64,000 nt of DNA from Clostridia bacterium. Its GTDB lineage: Bacteria; Bacillota; Clostridia; Oscillospirales; QAKW01. The notes beneath the pieces were generated by a model. That model was not told the origin of the DNA. It saw only the letters and a program-made list of their open reading frames with translations, and made no database searches. The translations under genes were made by a program, and so were the position numbers. The stretch covers positions 13,942 to 77,941 of the forward strand of contig JAGBEI010000009.1 in assembly GCA_017937065.1 (NCBI GenBank), written 5' to 3'. Positions 1-7,520 of this stretch are shown here, piece by piece (position 1 is the first letter of the stretch; the number at the start of each line of letters is the position of its first letter).

Positions 1-2
1 CT

Positions 3-536
3 TTTGCGCTCGGTGCTGTTGTAGACACGTCCGGGACGGATAAAATAAAGATTTTTCCACCGCCTGTTGATTACAGCGCGTCTATATCAACAGCTAAGAC
101 CTATACAGGAGGTAATGTTGAAAAATCTGATACTGTTACAGAGGTAACTGTCACAGCGTATATTATAAGCGACGAGAGACCGGGTGACAATGACGAGTCA
201 ATAGAGTATAACGGCGTTAAGTATAAATATTATACAGATACAAAACACGCTTTAAACCCGAATACTGTGTCAAGCGACCCCGAAAATAAAAAGAAATTCG
301 ATAAGATGTATTTGTGTAATCTCTCAAATGCTCAAACGCTTGCAAACAACATAATGTCGTACTATCAGCGCAGAGATAAATATAATTTCAGGCATGTACT
401 CGACAGTCAAGAGCTTTCCCGAAAATACAGCGTTAAATTACCGTGGGGCGATTTATCAAGCGGAAATATTATTAAAATGAGCGTTATAACATCGGGTATC
501 ACTGCAAGTGATACCGAGATGTTGCTTGATGAATAG
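3..536 (+). CDS. Phage tail-region structural protein, 5'-truncated
   Basis: Frame is open from base 3 (FALGAVVDTSGTDKIKIF...) to TAG at 534-536; lies upstream of tail fibre and lysis genes. Confidence 0.65.
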   Translation, partial: FALGAVVDTSGTDKIKIFPPPVDYSASISTAKTYTGGNVEKSDTVTEVTVTAYIISDERPGDNDESIEYNGVKYKYYTDTKHALNPNTVSSDPENKKKFDKMYLCNLSNAQTLANNIMSYYQRRDKYNFRHVLDSQELSRKYSVKLPWGDLSSGNIIKMSVITSGITASDTEMLLDE

Positions 537-543
537 GGGGGAT

Positions 544-1035
544 ATGGTGAGCTTTGATATTAATACACTTATTACTGACCGCACTGAAACAGACTATTTA
601 CATTGGTTAGAGTTACGCAATAAAGGCTATTTTGCCATGACGGACGAACAAAAAGCGGAATGGAATGCGCAGAATATGAAGGGCGCATACAACGCGCGAG
701 ACTTAAACCGCGTAGGAAACGCTTTGAATTATTTGCGTGACCGTTTGGTGGAGGCAGGATATCTTTCACCGTATGAATTTACTGCAAAGACAAATTGGAC
801 TGTATCCGGTGTGCCGACAGCTGATGACCTAACCGCATATTTGAATTTTGTATCAATAGTACGAGAAGCAATGGCACACTTCCCGAATACACCGTCTACA
901 CCGACTGACAGCGGCGGTCTTGATATAACAGAAGCAAACAACATAGAAAAAATTTTAATCGACGTTGACACGCTTATAAATAATATGCTCGCAGCGCGTT
1001 TTTTCGTTAAAGATTTATTTGCGGGGGAAATTTAA
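544..1035 (+). CDS. Phage hypothetical protein (tail module)
   Basis: ATG 544 after a G-rich RBS; LITDRT...KGAYNARDLNRV motif resembles Firmicute phage tail-module proteins. Confidence 0.65.
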   Translation: MVSFDINTLITDRTETDYLHWLELRNKGYFAMTDEQKAEWNAQNMKGAYNARDLNRVGNALNYLRDRLVEAGYLSPYEFTAKTNWTVSGVPTADDLTAYLNFVSIVREAMAHFPNTPSTPTDSGGLDITEANNIEKILIDVDTLINNMLAARFFVKDLFAGEI

Positions 1036-1036
1036 A

Positions 1037-1942
1037 ATGATAGAAAAAACAATAACAGACCGCGTCCCCACATATCCGGGGCGGGTAAAACTCACGCCGA
1101 CAGGAACGGCGAATATCTATACGCTTGAAAGAGCAGACGAGCCTACCGTACAAGGTACGCCGATTGATAAGGCGATGTTTGACAGCATAATACAAAGCAG
1201 ACTTACAGGGAGGTTCTATATACCTGATGTAAACCAAACGGTGCAAACAGTGCAAACGGGTGCAACCGTTAAACAAACGCCTATACCGTCGAGCGGTTGG
1301 GTACTTGACAGTACACAAACAACGGCGACGTCCGGCAATTATAAAATAACAGTGTCAAGCAATGACGACTCTTTTCATACTTTAGAAAAAGCAGTTGACG
1401 GAGATATAAGCACATTCTGGATGAGCAGCGCAGGTTTAGAGCACTATGTTACTTTTGAAATGCCTGCTGCAATCACTGTCGAAAAAGTGAGATTTGTATT
1501 ACGACCCGACACCTATGATTATGACATAACGACAAAATTTCAAGGCTCAACAAACGGCAGCACATGGACGGATTTGTTAACTACAACAGATAAGTTTGAC
1601 AATCCAAGCAGCCTTACAGAATACACAACTACGACAACAGGATTGTATAAATATTACAGGCTTTCATTTTCGCTTAGCAATTCTTCATCTGTAATACTGT
1701 TCGGATTTGAAATCAGCAAATACGATATTACTTCATACAGCAATCATTTCAGCATCTCGGCGGGTGTTCCGTCAGTATGGACAAACGGACAAAGAATAAT
1801 GATACAAACACCGTTAAATACAAATAGCTTTGCGGTGACGTCAAACAGTTTAAACAACGTGTCGATTAATACAATTTTGCAACCGTCACGACGGTATGAA
1901 TTGATGTATAACGGCACTGATTTTATGACAAAAGAGGTATAA
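1037..1942 (+). CDS. Putative tail fibre/receptor-binding protein with F5/8 type C (discoidin) domain
   Basis: N-terminal DRVPTYPGRVKLTP...RADEP...GTP motif; internal KAVDGDISTFW...FQGSTNGSTWTDL...YKYYRL discoidin signature. Confidence 0.7.
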   Translation: MIEKTITDRVPTYPGRVKLTPTGTANIYTLERADEPTVQGTPIDKAMFDSIIQSRLTGRFYIPDVNQTVQTVQTGATVKQTPIPSSGWVLDSTQTTATSGNYKITVSSNDDSFHTLEKAVDGDISTFWMSSAGLEHYVTFEMPAAITVEKVRFVLRPDTYDYDITTKFQGSTNGSTWTDLLTTTDKFDNPSSLTEYTTTTTGLYKYYRLSFSLSNSSSVILFGFEISKYDITSYSNHFSISAGVPSVWTNGQRIMIQTPLNTNSFAVTSNSLNNVSINTILQPSRRYELMYNGTDFMTKEV

Positions 1943-1945
1943 AAA

Positions 1946-2623
1946 ATGCAGTTAGTTTTATCAGGCAATAGAGTATTGGCACACGGCGAAGATTGTTTTA
2001 TATCTATGGGCGGCACTGTTATTTGTAACGATACCGGCAAGACATACCAAAACGCAACAGTTGCCCAATGTGATAACTGTCCTTCTGATATAGACGAGAT
2101 AGGTTATGAATATCATTCGGGAGTATTTATACCTGTTGCACCGTATGGCAAAACAAACGGAACGGGAAATATATTGGTAGCAGATGAGGACTGTAAAGCT
2201 CCGAAAGACAGCGGTATATCGGTGGACAGCTTACAGCCGTTGAACTGTGAACTTATATTAGATACAGGTGACAAGACAGTTATTACCGAAATGCCCGACT
2301 GGTTTACAACAGACAATTATGTCAGATATAGAGTACACTTATACCACGGCATGAGCGGTCAGGACGGTACAAGTATGTTTATTGATTTTGACATTCTCGA
2401 CATTTTACAGTCCGGAGTACCGGGTTCTGATATAAAAGCATATAAAACATACTGGACGGCAAACAAGTACGACGGCACATTACATGAGACTTACCGCACA
2501 TATACACTCAGTATTTATAAATCTCAAGGTGTATACTTTATGCAAGTATCGCTTTTAGAAGTGGGTGAGGATTTTTCGGAGGAAGCTATCCCGTTTATAA
2601 GGATATGGGGATATAAAAGTTAA
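1946..2623 (+). CDS. Phage hypothetical protein (tail-associated)
   Basis: 225-aa ORF coupled to the previous gene, RBS GAGG. Confidence 0.6.
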   Translation: MQLVLSGNRVLAHGEDCFISMGGTVICNDTGKTYQNATVAQCDNCPSDIDEIGYEYHSGVFIPVAPYGKTNGTGNILVADEDCKAPKDSGISVDSLQPLNCELILDTGDKTVITEMPDWFTTDNYVRYRVHLYHGMSGQDGTSMFIDFDILDILQSGVPGSDIKAYKTYWTANKYDGTLHETYRTYTLSIYKSQGVYFMQVSLLEVGEDFSEEAIPFIRIWGYKS

Positions 2624-2646
2624 AAAAGCGGAGAAAAGGAAAAAGT

Positions 2647-2937
2647 ATGGCGGAAATATTTATAAAATGGGTGATACCGTTTGTGTGCGGCGGTGCTGTG
2701 ACGTTTGCGGGCAGTATGCTGATACGTCTGCACGCTGTGAAAAACGGCATACAGTGCCTTTTGCGCGCCGAGATAATACGCTCGCACGATAAGTATACGG
2801 AACGCGGGTTTTGTCCCATATACGCCAAGGACGCGCTTGAACGTGCATATAAGGCATATCATGCGCTGGGCGGCAATGATGTGGCAACAGCTCTTTACAG
2901 CGACACAATGGAGCTGCCGACAGAGCCTGTGTCATAA
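2647..2937 (+). CDS. Phage holin-like/lysis-module membrane protein
   Basis: One N-terminal TM segment; LLR..I...Y..YHALGGN motif common just upstream of Firmicute phage holins. Confidence 0.65.
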   Translation: MAEIFIKWVIPFVCGGAVTFAGSMLIRLHAVKNGIQCLLRAEIIRSHDKYTERGFCPIYAKDALERAYKAYHALGGNDVATALYSDTMELPTEPVS

Positions 2938-2962
2938 AAAGCAAAGAAAGGAAAGATGAAAA

Positions 2963-3148
2963 ATGAAGAAATGGTTAAAAGCTGCGGGAATACGAGCAAT
3001 AAAGACTGTGGCGCAGTCAGCCGCTGCGGCAATCGGCACGGCAGCCGTGCTGGGAGAAGTCAACTGGACGGCGGTCATAAGTGCGTCGGTGCTGGCGGGC
3101 ATTCTGTCGCTGCTGACCTCCGTGGCGGGACTTCCCGAGCTGAAATGA
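2963..3148 (+). CDS. Holin (phage r1t-type)
   Basis: WLKAAGIRAIKTVAQ...VNW...SLLTSVAGLPE signature, 61 aa. Confidence 0.88.
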   Translation: MKKWLKAAGIRAIKTVAQSAAAAIGTAAVLGEVNWTAVISASVLAGILSLLTSVAGLPELK

Positions 3149-3159
3149 GGTGACGGCAA

Positions 3160-3777
3160 ATGACAAACCTGCCTGTAAGCGGCATATTCACGGTGACGGC
3201 GACCTACGGACAGACGGGCAAGTACTGGGTAAACGGACATCGCGGCATTGACATTACCTGCGGCAAGCGGGAGGTATATGCAACCTGTGACGGAGTTGTG
3301 CGCGTGGTATCATACGACAGCGGCGGCTGGGGCTATTACATATCCGTAGGCGACGGCAGCGGACAGCGGCATATATTCTGCCACCTTGAAAAGGGCAGTA
3401 TAAGAGTAAAGGTCGGACAGAGTGTCGACCGCAGTACGGTGATAGCAAGAATGGGCAGCACGGGAAACAGCACGGGCGTGCATCTGCACTATCAGATAAA
3501 CAATGCTGACAACGTACCCGTAAATCCCTGCCCGCACCTTGGAATACCCAATGAAAAGGGAATATACGACAGCGCGGATTATAAGATAAAGGAGACGGAC
3601 GACATGACATTTAAGGACGCAGACAAAATAGGCAAGTGGGCGCGTGAGGCGGTGGACAGAGTATCCGATAAGGGGCTGATGCTGGGCGACAGCGACGGTT
3701 ACTTTAACCCCAAAAACCCGCTTACAAGAGAAGAGGCGGCGGTTATAATCGAGCGTCTGCTTGATTTGATTAAATAA
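3160..3777 (+). CDS. Endolysin: M23 peptidase plus C-terminal SLH domain
   Basis: HRGID and HLH zinc motifs; FKD...WAREAV...GLMLG...FNPKNPLTREEAA SLH motif. Confidence 0.88.
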   Translation: MTNLPVSGIFTVTATYGQTGKYWVNGHRGIDITCGKREVYATCDGVVRVVSYDSGGWGYYISVGDGSGQRHIFCHLEKGSIRVKVGQSVDRSTVIARMGSTGNSTGVHLHYQINNADNVPVNPCPHLGIPNEKGIYDSADYKIKETDDMTFKDADKIGKWAREAVDRVSDKGLMLGDSDGYFNPKNPLTREEAAVIIERLLDLIK

Positions 3778-3800
3778 AATAAAAAGCAGGATTTATGAAA

Positions 3801-3817
3801 TGCACTCTTAAGGACAG
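3801..3817 (+). repeat. Left arm of 17-bp inverted repeat (partner 5059-5075)
   Basis: TGCACTCTTAAGGACAG versus reverse complement of 5059-5075 TGTACTCTTAAGGACAG, 16/17 identical. Confidence 0.8.
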
Positions 3818-3827
3818 CAAAAAAGTT

Positions 3828-3947
3828 ATGAATGAAACTTTACGCCACTTAGAGCAAAAACGAATTGCCGTTGAGCAAAATATTTAGGCGCTATATGAAA
3901 CCTTGAAAAAAGAAATCAACGAACATTCAAAGATATGTTGTATCTAA
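3828..3947 (+). pseudogene. Gene remnant with in-frame TAG
   Basis: MNETLRHLEQKRIAVEQNI*ALYETLKKEINEHSKICCI*, no clear RBS, ends at a bidirectional terminator. Confidence 0.3.
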
Positions 3948-3955
3948 TATAAGCA

Positions 3956-3993
3956 AAAAAGAAATGAGGGCTTTGTTTTCCCTCATTTCTTTT
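3956..3993. terminator. Bidirectional intrinsic terminator
   Basis: AAAAGAAATGAGGG...CCCTCATTTCTTTT. Confidence 0.75.
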
Positions 3994-4700
3994 TAATAGT
4001 TTGGCATTTGTTCGTATTCGGTAACGGTGCTTTCGTAATAGTCTAATGCATCTGTTACCTGCTTTGAGGTCAATCCTAAATGCTTTAACCACTTTTTATA
4101 TTCAGAATATTGTTCTTCTTTTTCATTATTATCATTTTCGTAAGTATCTTTAATTTGTGCCCATTCATCATTTGTATTGCTGTTTTTCCAAGAATACCTT
4201 TTTCCAATCAATGAGTTAGTGATTTTTTGAAAACAAATTTCGAATTCGGAATCATAAACAAAAATATATCTTGTTGTATATGTACTTGTTGTATATGTAC
4301 GTGTCATTTCGGAAGCTTTAAAATTATATCCATTTTCCTCTAAATAAGAAATAACTTGCCAATCAGAATATGCAGAAACATCTTCATCAAATGATACATC
4401 GCCGGTAATCGAACGATTAATCGTAGGAGTTAATACAATAGAAGTAATTGCAATGGTAAATACAATTAAAGAAACAACTAATTTTGCCAAGTTTTTATTA
4501 TCCCTTGAGTACTTATAACACCAAACACAAAAAACAATCAATGAAACTATTAGTGCCATCAAAGCAAATACCGGTATTATAATTGTAGACGGGTAATTCA
4601 TAGTATCCAATTCCCAAAGAAAAGCAACTATAAAAAATAAACTTATAAAAGAAATTATAGATACAATAACAGTGACGACAATTTTAATCCAATTTTTCAT
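3993..4700 (-). CDS. AT-rich accessory membrane protein (3 N-terminal TM helices plus soluble domain)
   Basis: Start ATG 4700 after GGGGG RBS (MKNWIKIVV...); the longer ORF call runs into the RNA leader. Confidence 0.7.
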   Translation of the reverse strand: MKNWIKIVVTVIVSIISFISLFFIVAFLWELDTMNYPSTIIIPVFALMALIVSLIVFCVWCYKYSRDNKNLAKLVVSLIVFTIAITSIVLTPTINRSITGDVSFDEDVSAYSDWQVISYLEENGYNFKASEMTRTYTTSTYTTRYIFVYDSEFEICFQKITNSLIGKRYSWKNSNTNDEWAQIKDTYENDNNEKEEQYSEYKKWLKHLGLTSKQVTDALDYYESTVTEYEQMPNY

Positions 4701-4721
4701 TTTACATTCCCCCACATTATA

Positions 4722-4892
4722 TAAAAAGTGTGTGCAATCGAAATCGCACACACTGAAAAATGCTCGACTTCGATTTGCTACCACACAAAACTCCACACTC
4801 CACACAGAAATGCGAAATAAGAAGTCAGCACTTTTACCTAAGTAAAATGCCCACTTCCGTGTGGAAAATACATTTTGGAGTTTTATGTGGTG
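4722..4892 (-). ncRNA. Candidate structured leader RNA/attenuator
   Basis: Long nested stems with G-U pairs on the minus strand only, then a UUCG-capped terminator and competing antiterminator; starts just after a sigmaA promoter. Confidence 0.65.
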
Positions 4893-4897
4893 CTTTT

Positions 4898-4926
4898 ATT
4901 ATATCACTATTTAATTTTATTGTAAA
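4898..4926 (-). promoter_or_regulatory. sigmaA promoter of the leader RNA/membrane gene
   Basis: TTTACA-17 bp-TATAAT with TG extension. Confidence 0.7.
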
Positions 4927-5018
4927 GTACCGCTTTAAGTTTGTCGCATACTCTAACAAGCAGGGAAAATGTACGTTATTTTCCAAAATCTTTAGGATAT
5001 CCTAAAACCTTATATAAC

Positions 5019-5052
5019 AAAAAGCAGAAACGAGAAATCGTTTCTGCTTTTT
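5019..5052. terminator. Bidirectional intrinsic terminator
   Basis: AAAAAGCAGAAACGA-GAAA-TCGTTTCTGCTTTTT. Confidence 0.75.
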
Positions 5053-5058
5053 AAATAA

Positions 5059-5075
5059 CTGTCCTTAAGAGTACA
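5059..5075 (-). repeat. Right arm of 17-bp inverted repeat (partner 3801-3817)
   Basis: CTGTCCTTAAGAGTACA. Confidence 0.8.
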
Positions 5076-5190
5076 ACTCTTACGCCATGCTTTTTTATTT
5101 TGCTAAAATAATACTCTATGTATCGCAGAAAATGAAGAATGTTTGCTGAATAATTGTAAACGGCAGTAATTTTCTCGGCGGTTTCGACAT

Positions 5191-5934
5191 TTAATCAAAT
5201 TCGGGCAAACCGTAATTTTTCAGCATATATTCCTTTGCTTGGATTGTCCGGCATTCCTCACAGCACTTCGCTTTTTTGCTTTGTTCAATGCTACCTTCTT
5301 TTACATTGTCTCTATATGCCAAATAACTGCACAGACGATATAAGTGATATTCGTCGCTGTCTTCGGTATAATATACCGTTTTTGAGTTAAGTCCCGTTTT
5401 ACCTTCATCAGCTTCAGTCAGTATCCTTTTTATGTAATCCGTGGAGACAGTTACAGCTCCGCCCGTATCTTGACTTTTAAATTTCTGAACAGTTGCAGCG
5501 GCAAACATAACTATTAAGATAACCGAAAGCAAATAAATACCGTGTCTGCAAAGCCTGTTTACGGCAGACACAGTAAAGTAAAACATATTCGCCTGCCATT
5601 CTTTCCATGTAGATGTATTATGTATTAATTCATTACCGCAAGCAGTATGTTCAAGATAAATGTGACCTTCTTCGTGCAGGAGTAATATTATTTTATCCCT
5701 GTCAGTTAAATTGCTTTTTATAAATATATATTTTGAGGAATTACCAATATAAGTAAAGCAATTATAGTATTTTATGATTTCGGTGAGTTGCAGTTCTTTA
5801 ATTAAAGTATCTTCAAATGAAGAGAATTCTATAACATCGAAACCTTGACTTTTTAATAAGTTATAGCAGCTTTTTAATGTTATTTCTTTTTTGTAAAATT
5901 TGCTCTCAATAAGAAATTTAATAGACCTTTTCAT
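5191..5934 (-). CDS. ImmA/IrrE-family metallopeptidase domain with TM helix and C-terminal Cys/His domain
   Basis: LLHEEGHIYLEH...EWQAN motif; TM segment; VYYT...YH...CSYL...CCEEC. Confidence 0.7.
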   Translation of the reverse strand: MKRSIKFLIESKFYKKEITLKSCYNLLKSQGFDVIEFSSFEDTLIKELQLTEIIKYYNCFTYIGNSSKYIFIKSNLTDRDKIILLLHEEGHIYLEHTACGNELIHNTSTWKEWQANMFYFTVSAVNRLCRHGIYLLSVILIVMFAAATVQKFKSQDTGGAVTVSTDYIKRILTEADEGKTGLNSKTVYYTEDSDEYHLYRLCSYLAYRDNVKEGSIEQSKKAKCCEECRTIQAKEYMLKNYGLPEFD

Positions 5935-6065
5935 TTTTAACCCCCAAAATGTTTGATGATATGAGCTTAACTCTGAAAAGGTTATATTTCTACTGGTAAA
6001 ATTTGGCGGACTGAATTATAGAGCTTAGAAATTTATAGTATATGCTTTGCCATATCTAATTTTAC

Positions 6066-6095
6066 TACACGATTTTTACACGATTTACATGACTA
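6066..6095 (+). repeat. Tandem direct repeats, putative integrase arm-type sites
   Basis: TACACGATTT at 6066 and 6077, degenerate TACATGACTA at 6086; about 100 bp from the tmRNA 3' end. Confidence 0.55.
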
Positions 6096-6140
6096 TGTTC
6101 ACCGATTTTGACCTTTGTTCAACACTGCTAAAAATGGCGA

Positions 6141-6184
6141 AATCCCTTGTATACGCTTGGTTTCCCAAGCGTATACAAGGGATT
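6141..6184 (-). terminator. 20-bp perfect hairpin downstream of tmRNA
   Basis: AATCCCTTGTATACGCTTGG-TTTC-CCAAGCGTATACAAGGGATT. Confidence 0.7.
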
Positions 6185-6190
6185 GTCTGT

Positions 6191-6537
6191 TGGTGTAGGC
6201 GAGGGGAGTTGAACCCCTGTCCGAAAACTTTGTTGCATCGCTTTCTACGGATATAGCTTTATATTTGCATTCCCTCCAAACGCCGTCATAAAGCAAACTG
6301 CGTTTTTCGGTAGCTTCATATTACAGACAGCCGCGCAAAGCTTTGCGGTATCCGTTCACCACTGAATGTGACACCCTCCTGCGCCCGTGGTCCCTCGCAT
6401 TCGGATGACGCCGCTTAAGCAGCGTAAGCTAATTTATTATTGTTAGCGTTTAATTTTAAATTGCACATTTTAAAGCGGTTGTGCGCCGCTATCCGCTTAC
6501 GGTGCCGTCCGGTCCCCGTCGAAACCATTGCGCCCAC
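6191..6537 (-). ncRNA. ssrA: tmRNA; tag peptide (A)ANNNKLAYAA
   Basis: 5' GTGGGCG...GGTTTCGACGGGG; 3' T-arm GGGGTTCAACTCCCC and CGCCTAC-ACCA with G3-U70; tag ORF 6447-6415; smpB nearby. Confidence 0.96.
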
Positions 6538-6569
6538 ATACAGTAAGGAATAACAATTTCCTTACTTTA

Positions 6570-6598
6570 ATTATACGCTGCTTTGCTTAAAAAATCAA
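6570..6598 (-). promoter_or_regulatory. sigmaA promoter of ssrA
   Basis: TTGATT-17 bp-TATAAT. Confidence 0.7.
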
Positions 6599-6634
6599 TA
6601 GCAGTCTTATCCTTTACAGCCTTTGACTGTAAAC

Positions 6635-7495
6635 TCAGTCAAGATATGCGCTTCTTGTGTCCTCTATCCAGTCGCAGACCTCTTTGAGCCAGTTTTTGAG
6701 TCTGTATGTCTCTTTGTTGGTAATCAGGTCTCCCGTTGCCTTTCCGTGCGTGCCCTTTTCGTAAATGTGCAGCTCAAAAGGAACGCCGTTTTTCTTGAGT
6801 GCAGTTGCAAACCGCAGTGTGCTGTCGCACGGTACGCCGGTGTCCTCAAACGTGCTCCAGATGAATGTGGGCGGCGTTGACTTGGATACCCGCCTGTCCA
6901 GACACAGATACTCCAGCATTTCACCGTTTTCGCGGTTTTCCTCTCCCAAAAGGTTGTTGAACGAGCCCTTGTGTATCATTTTTTCTCCGTCAAAATCGCT
7001 GATGATAACGGGATATGCTAAAATGAGACCGTCAGGCTTGAGTGCCTGTGTATTTTCGCCGAAGTACCCGCGCGCCTCTTTTCCGTTCCAAAGCGTGCCG
7101 ACGGACGCTGCAAGGTGTCCGCCCGCCGAAAAACCGCAGACGTAGATTTTATCCCTGTCGGCGTGGTACTGCTCAGCCGTTTCGCGCAGGTATTTAACCG
7201 CCGTCAGCGCCTCCAAAAGCGCGACGGGAAAGACCGCCGGCTTTACGCTGTAATAGAGTATCGCGGCGTTCATTCCGCGCGCTAAAAAGTGCATTGCAAT
7301 AGGCTCCGCTTCCCGCTCCGATGTCATGGCGTACCCGCCGCCGGGAAGAATAAGCACCGTGGGACGGTCGGGCGTATATTTAACGTTCTCGTCGCAGTCG
7401 TTGGGAATAAGCAGCCTGAGCTTCGGCACATAATCAGTATGCGGCGCCGAAATCTTGGAATAGTCAAGCTCGATGTCTTTTGTTTTATAAATCAT
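6635..7495 (-). CDS. Alpha/beta-hydrolase (esterase)
   Basis: PGGGY oxyanion loop, GFSAGGH nucleophile elbow, D and HG; start ATG 7495 after AAGGA. Confidence 0.88.
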   Translation of the reverse strand: MIYKTKDIELDYSKISAPHTDYVPKLRLLIPNDCDENVKYTPDRPTVLILPGGGYAMTSEREAEPIAMHFLARGMNAAILYYSVKPAVFPVALLEALTAVKYLRETAEQYHADRDKIYVCGFSAGGHLAASVGTLWNGKEARGYFGENTQALKPDGLILAYPVIISDFDGEKMIHKGSFNNLLGEENRENGEMLEYLCLDRRVSKSTPPTFIWSTFEDTGVPCDSTLRFATALKKNGVPFELHIYEKGTHGKATGDLITNKETYRLKNWLKEVCDWIEDTRSAYLD

Positions 7496-7520
7496 TTTAA
7501 AAATTTCCTTTCGGATATAA

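Larger units (their letters stand above)
1..6190. mobile_element. Distal (tail/lysis/accessory) end of a prophage integrated at the tmRNA 3' end; extends beyond the left edge
   Basis: Co-oriented tail genes, holins and endolysin, then AT-rich accessory genes, arm-like direct repeats and the tmRNA CCA end. Integrase is not in the window. Confidence 0.85.

Noticed and set aside
1037-2640. Diversity-generating retroelement targeting the tail genes
   Set aside because: No reverse transcriptase and no TR/VR pair differing at adenines seen in the window; one could lie outside it.
2956-3153. Alternative-frame ORF over the holin as a spanin or antiholin
   Set aside because: No TM segment or lipobox, and a monoderm host needs no spanin.
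4701-5005. ORF 4760-5005(+) and the N-terminal extension of ORF 3993-4805(-)
   Set aside because: They overlap the structured leader and promoter; the RBS supports a start at 4700.
6047-6296. ORFs 6047-6256(+) and 6099-6296(-)
   Set aside because: They overlap tmRNA and its hairpin; no RBS or recognisable protein.
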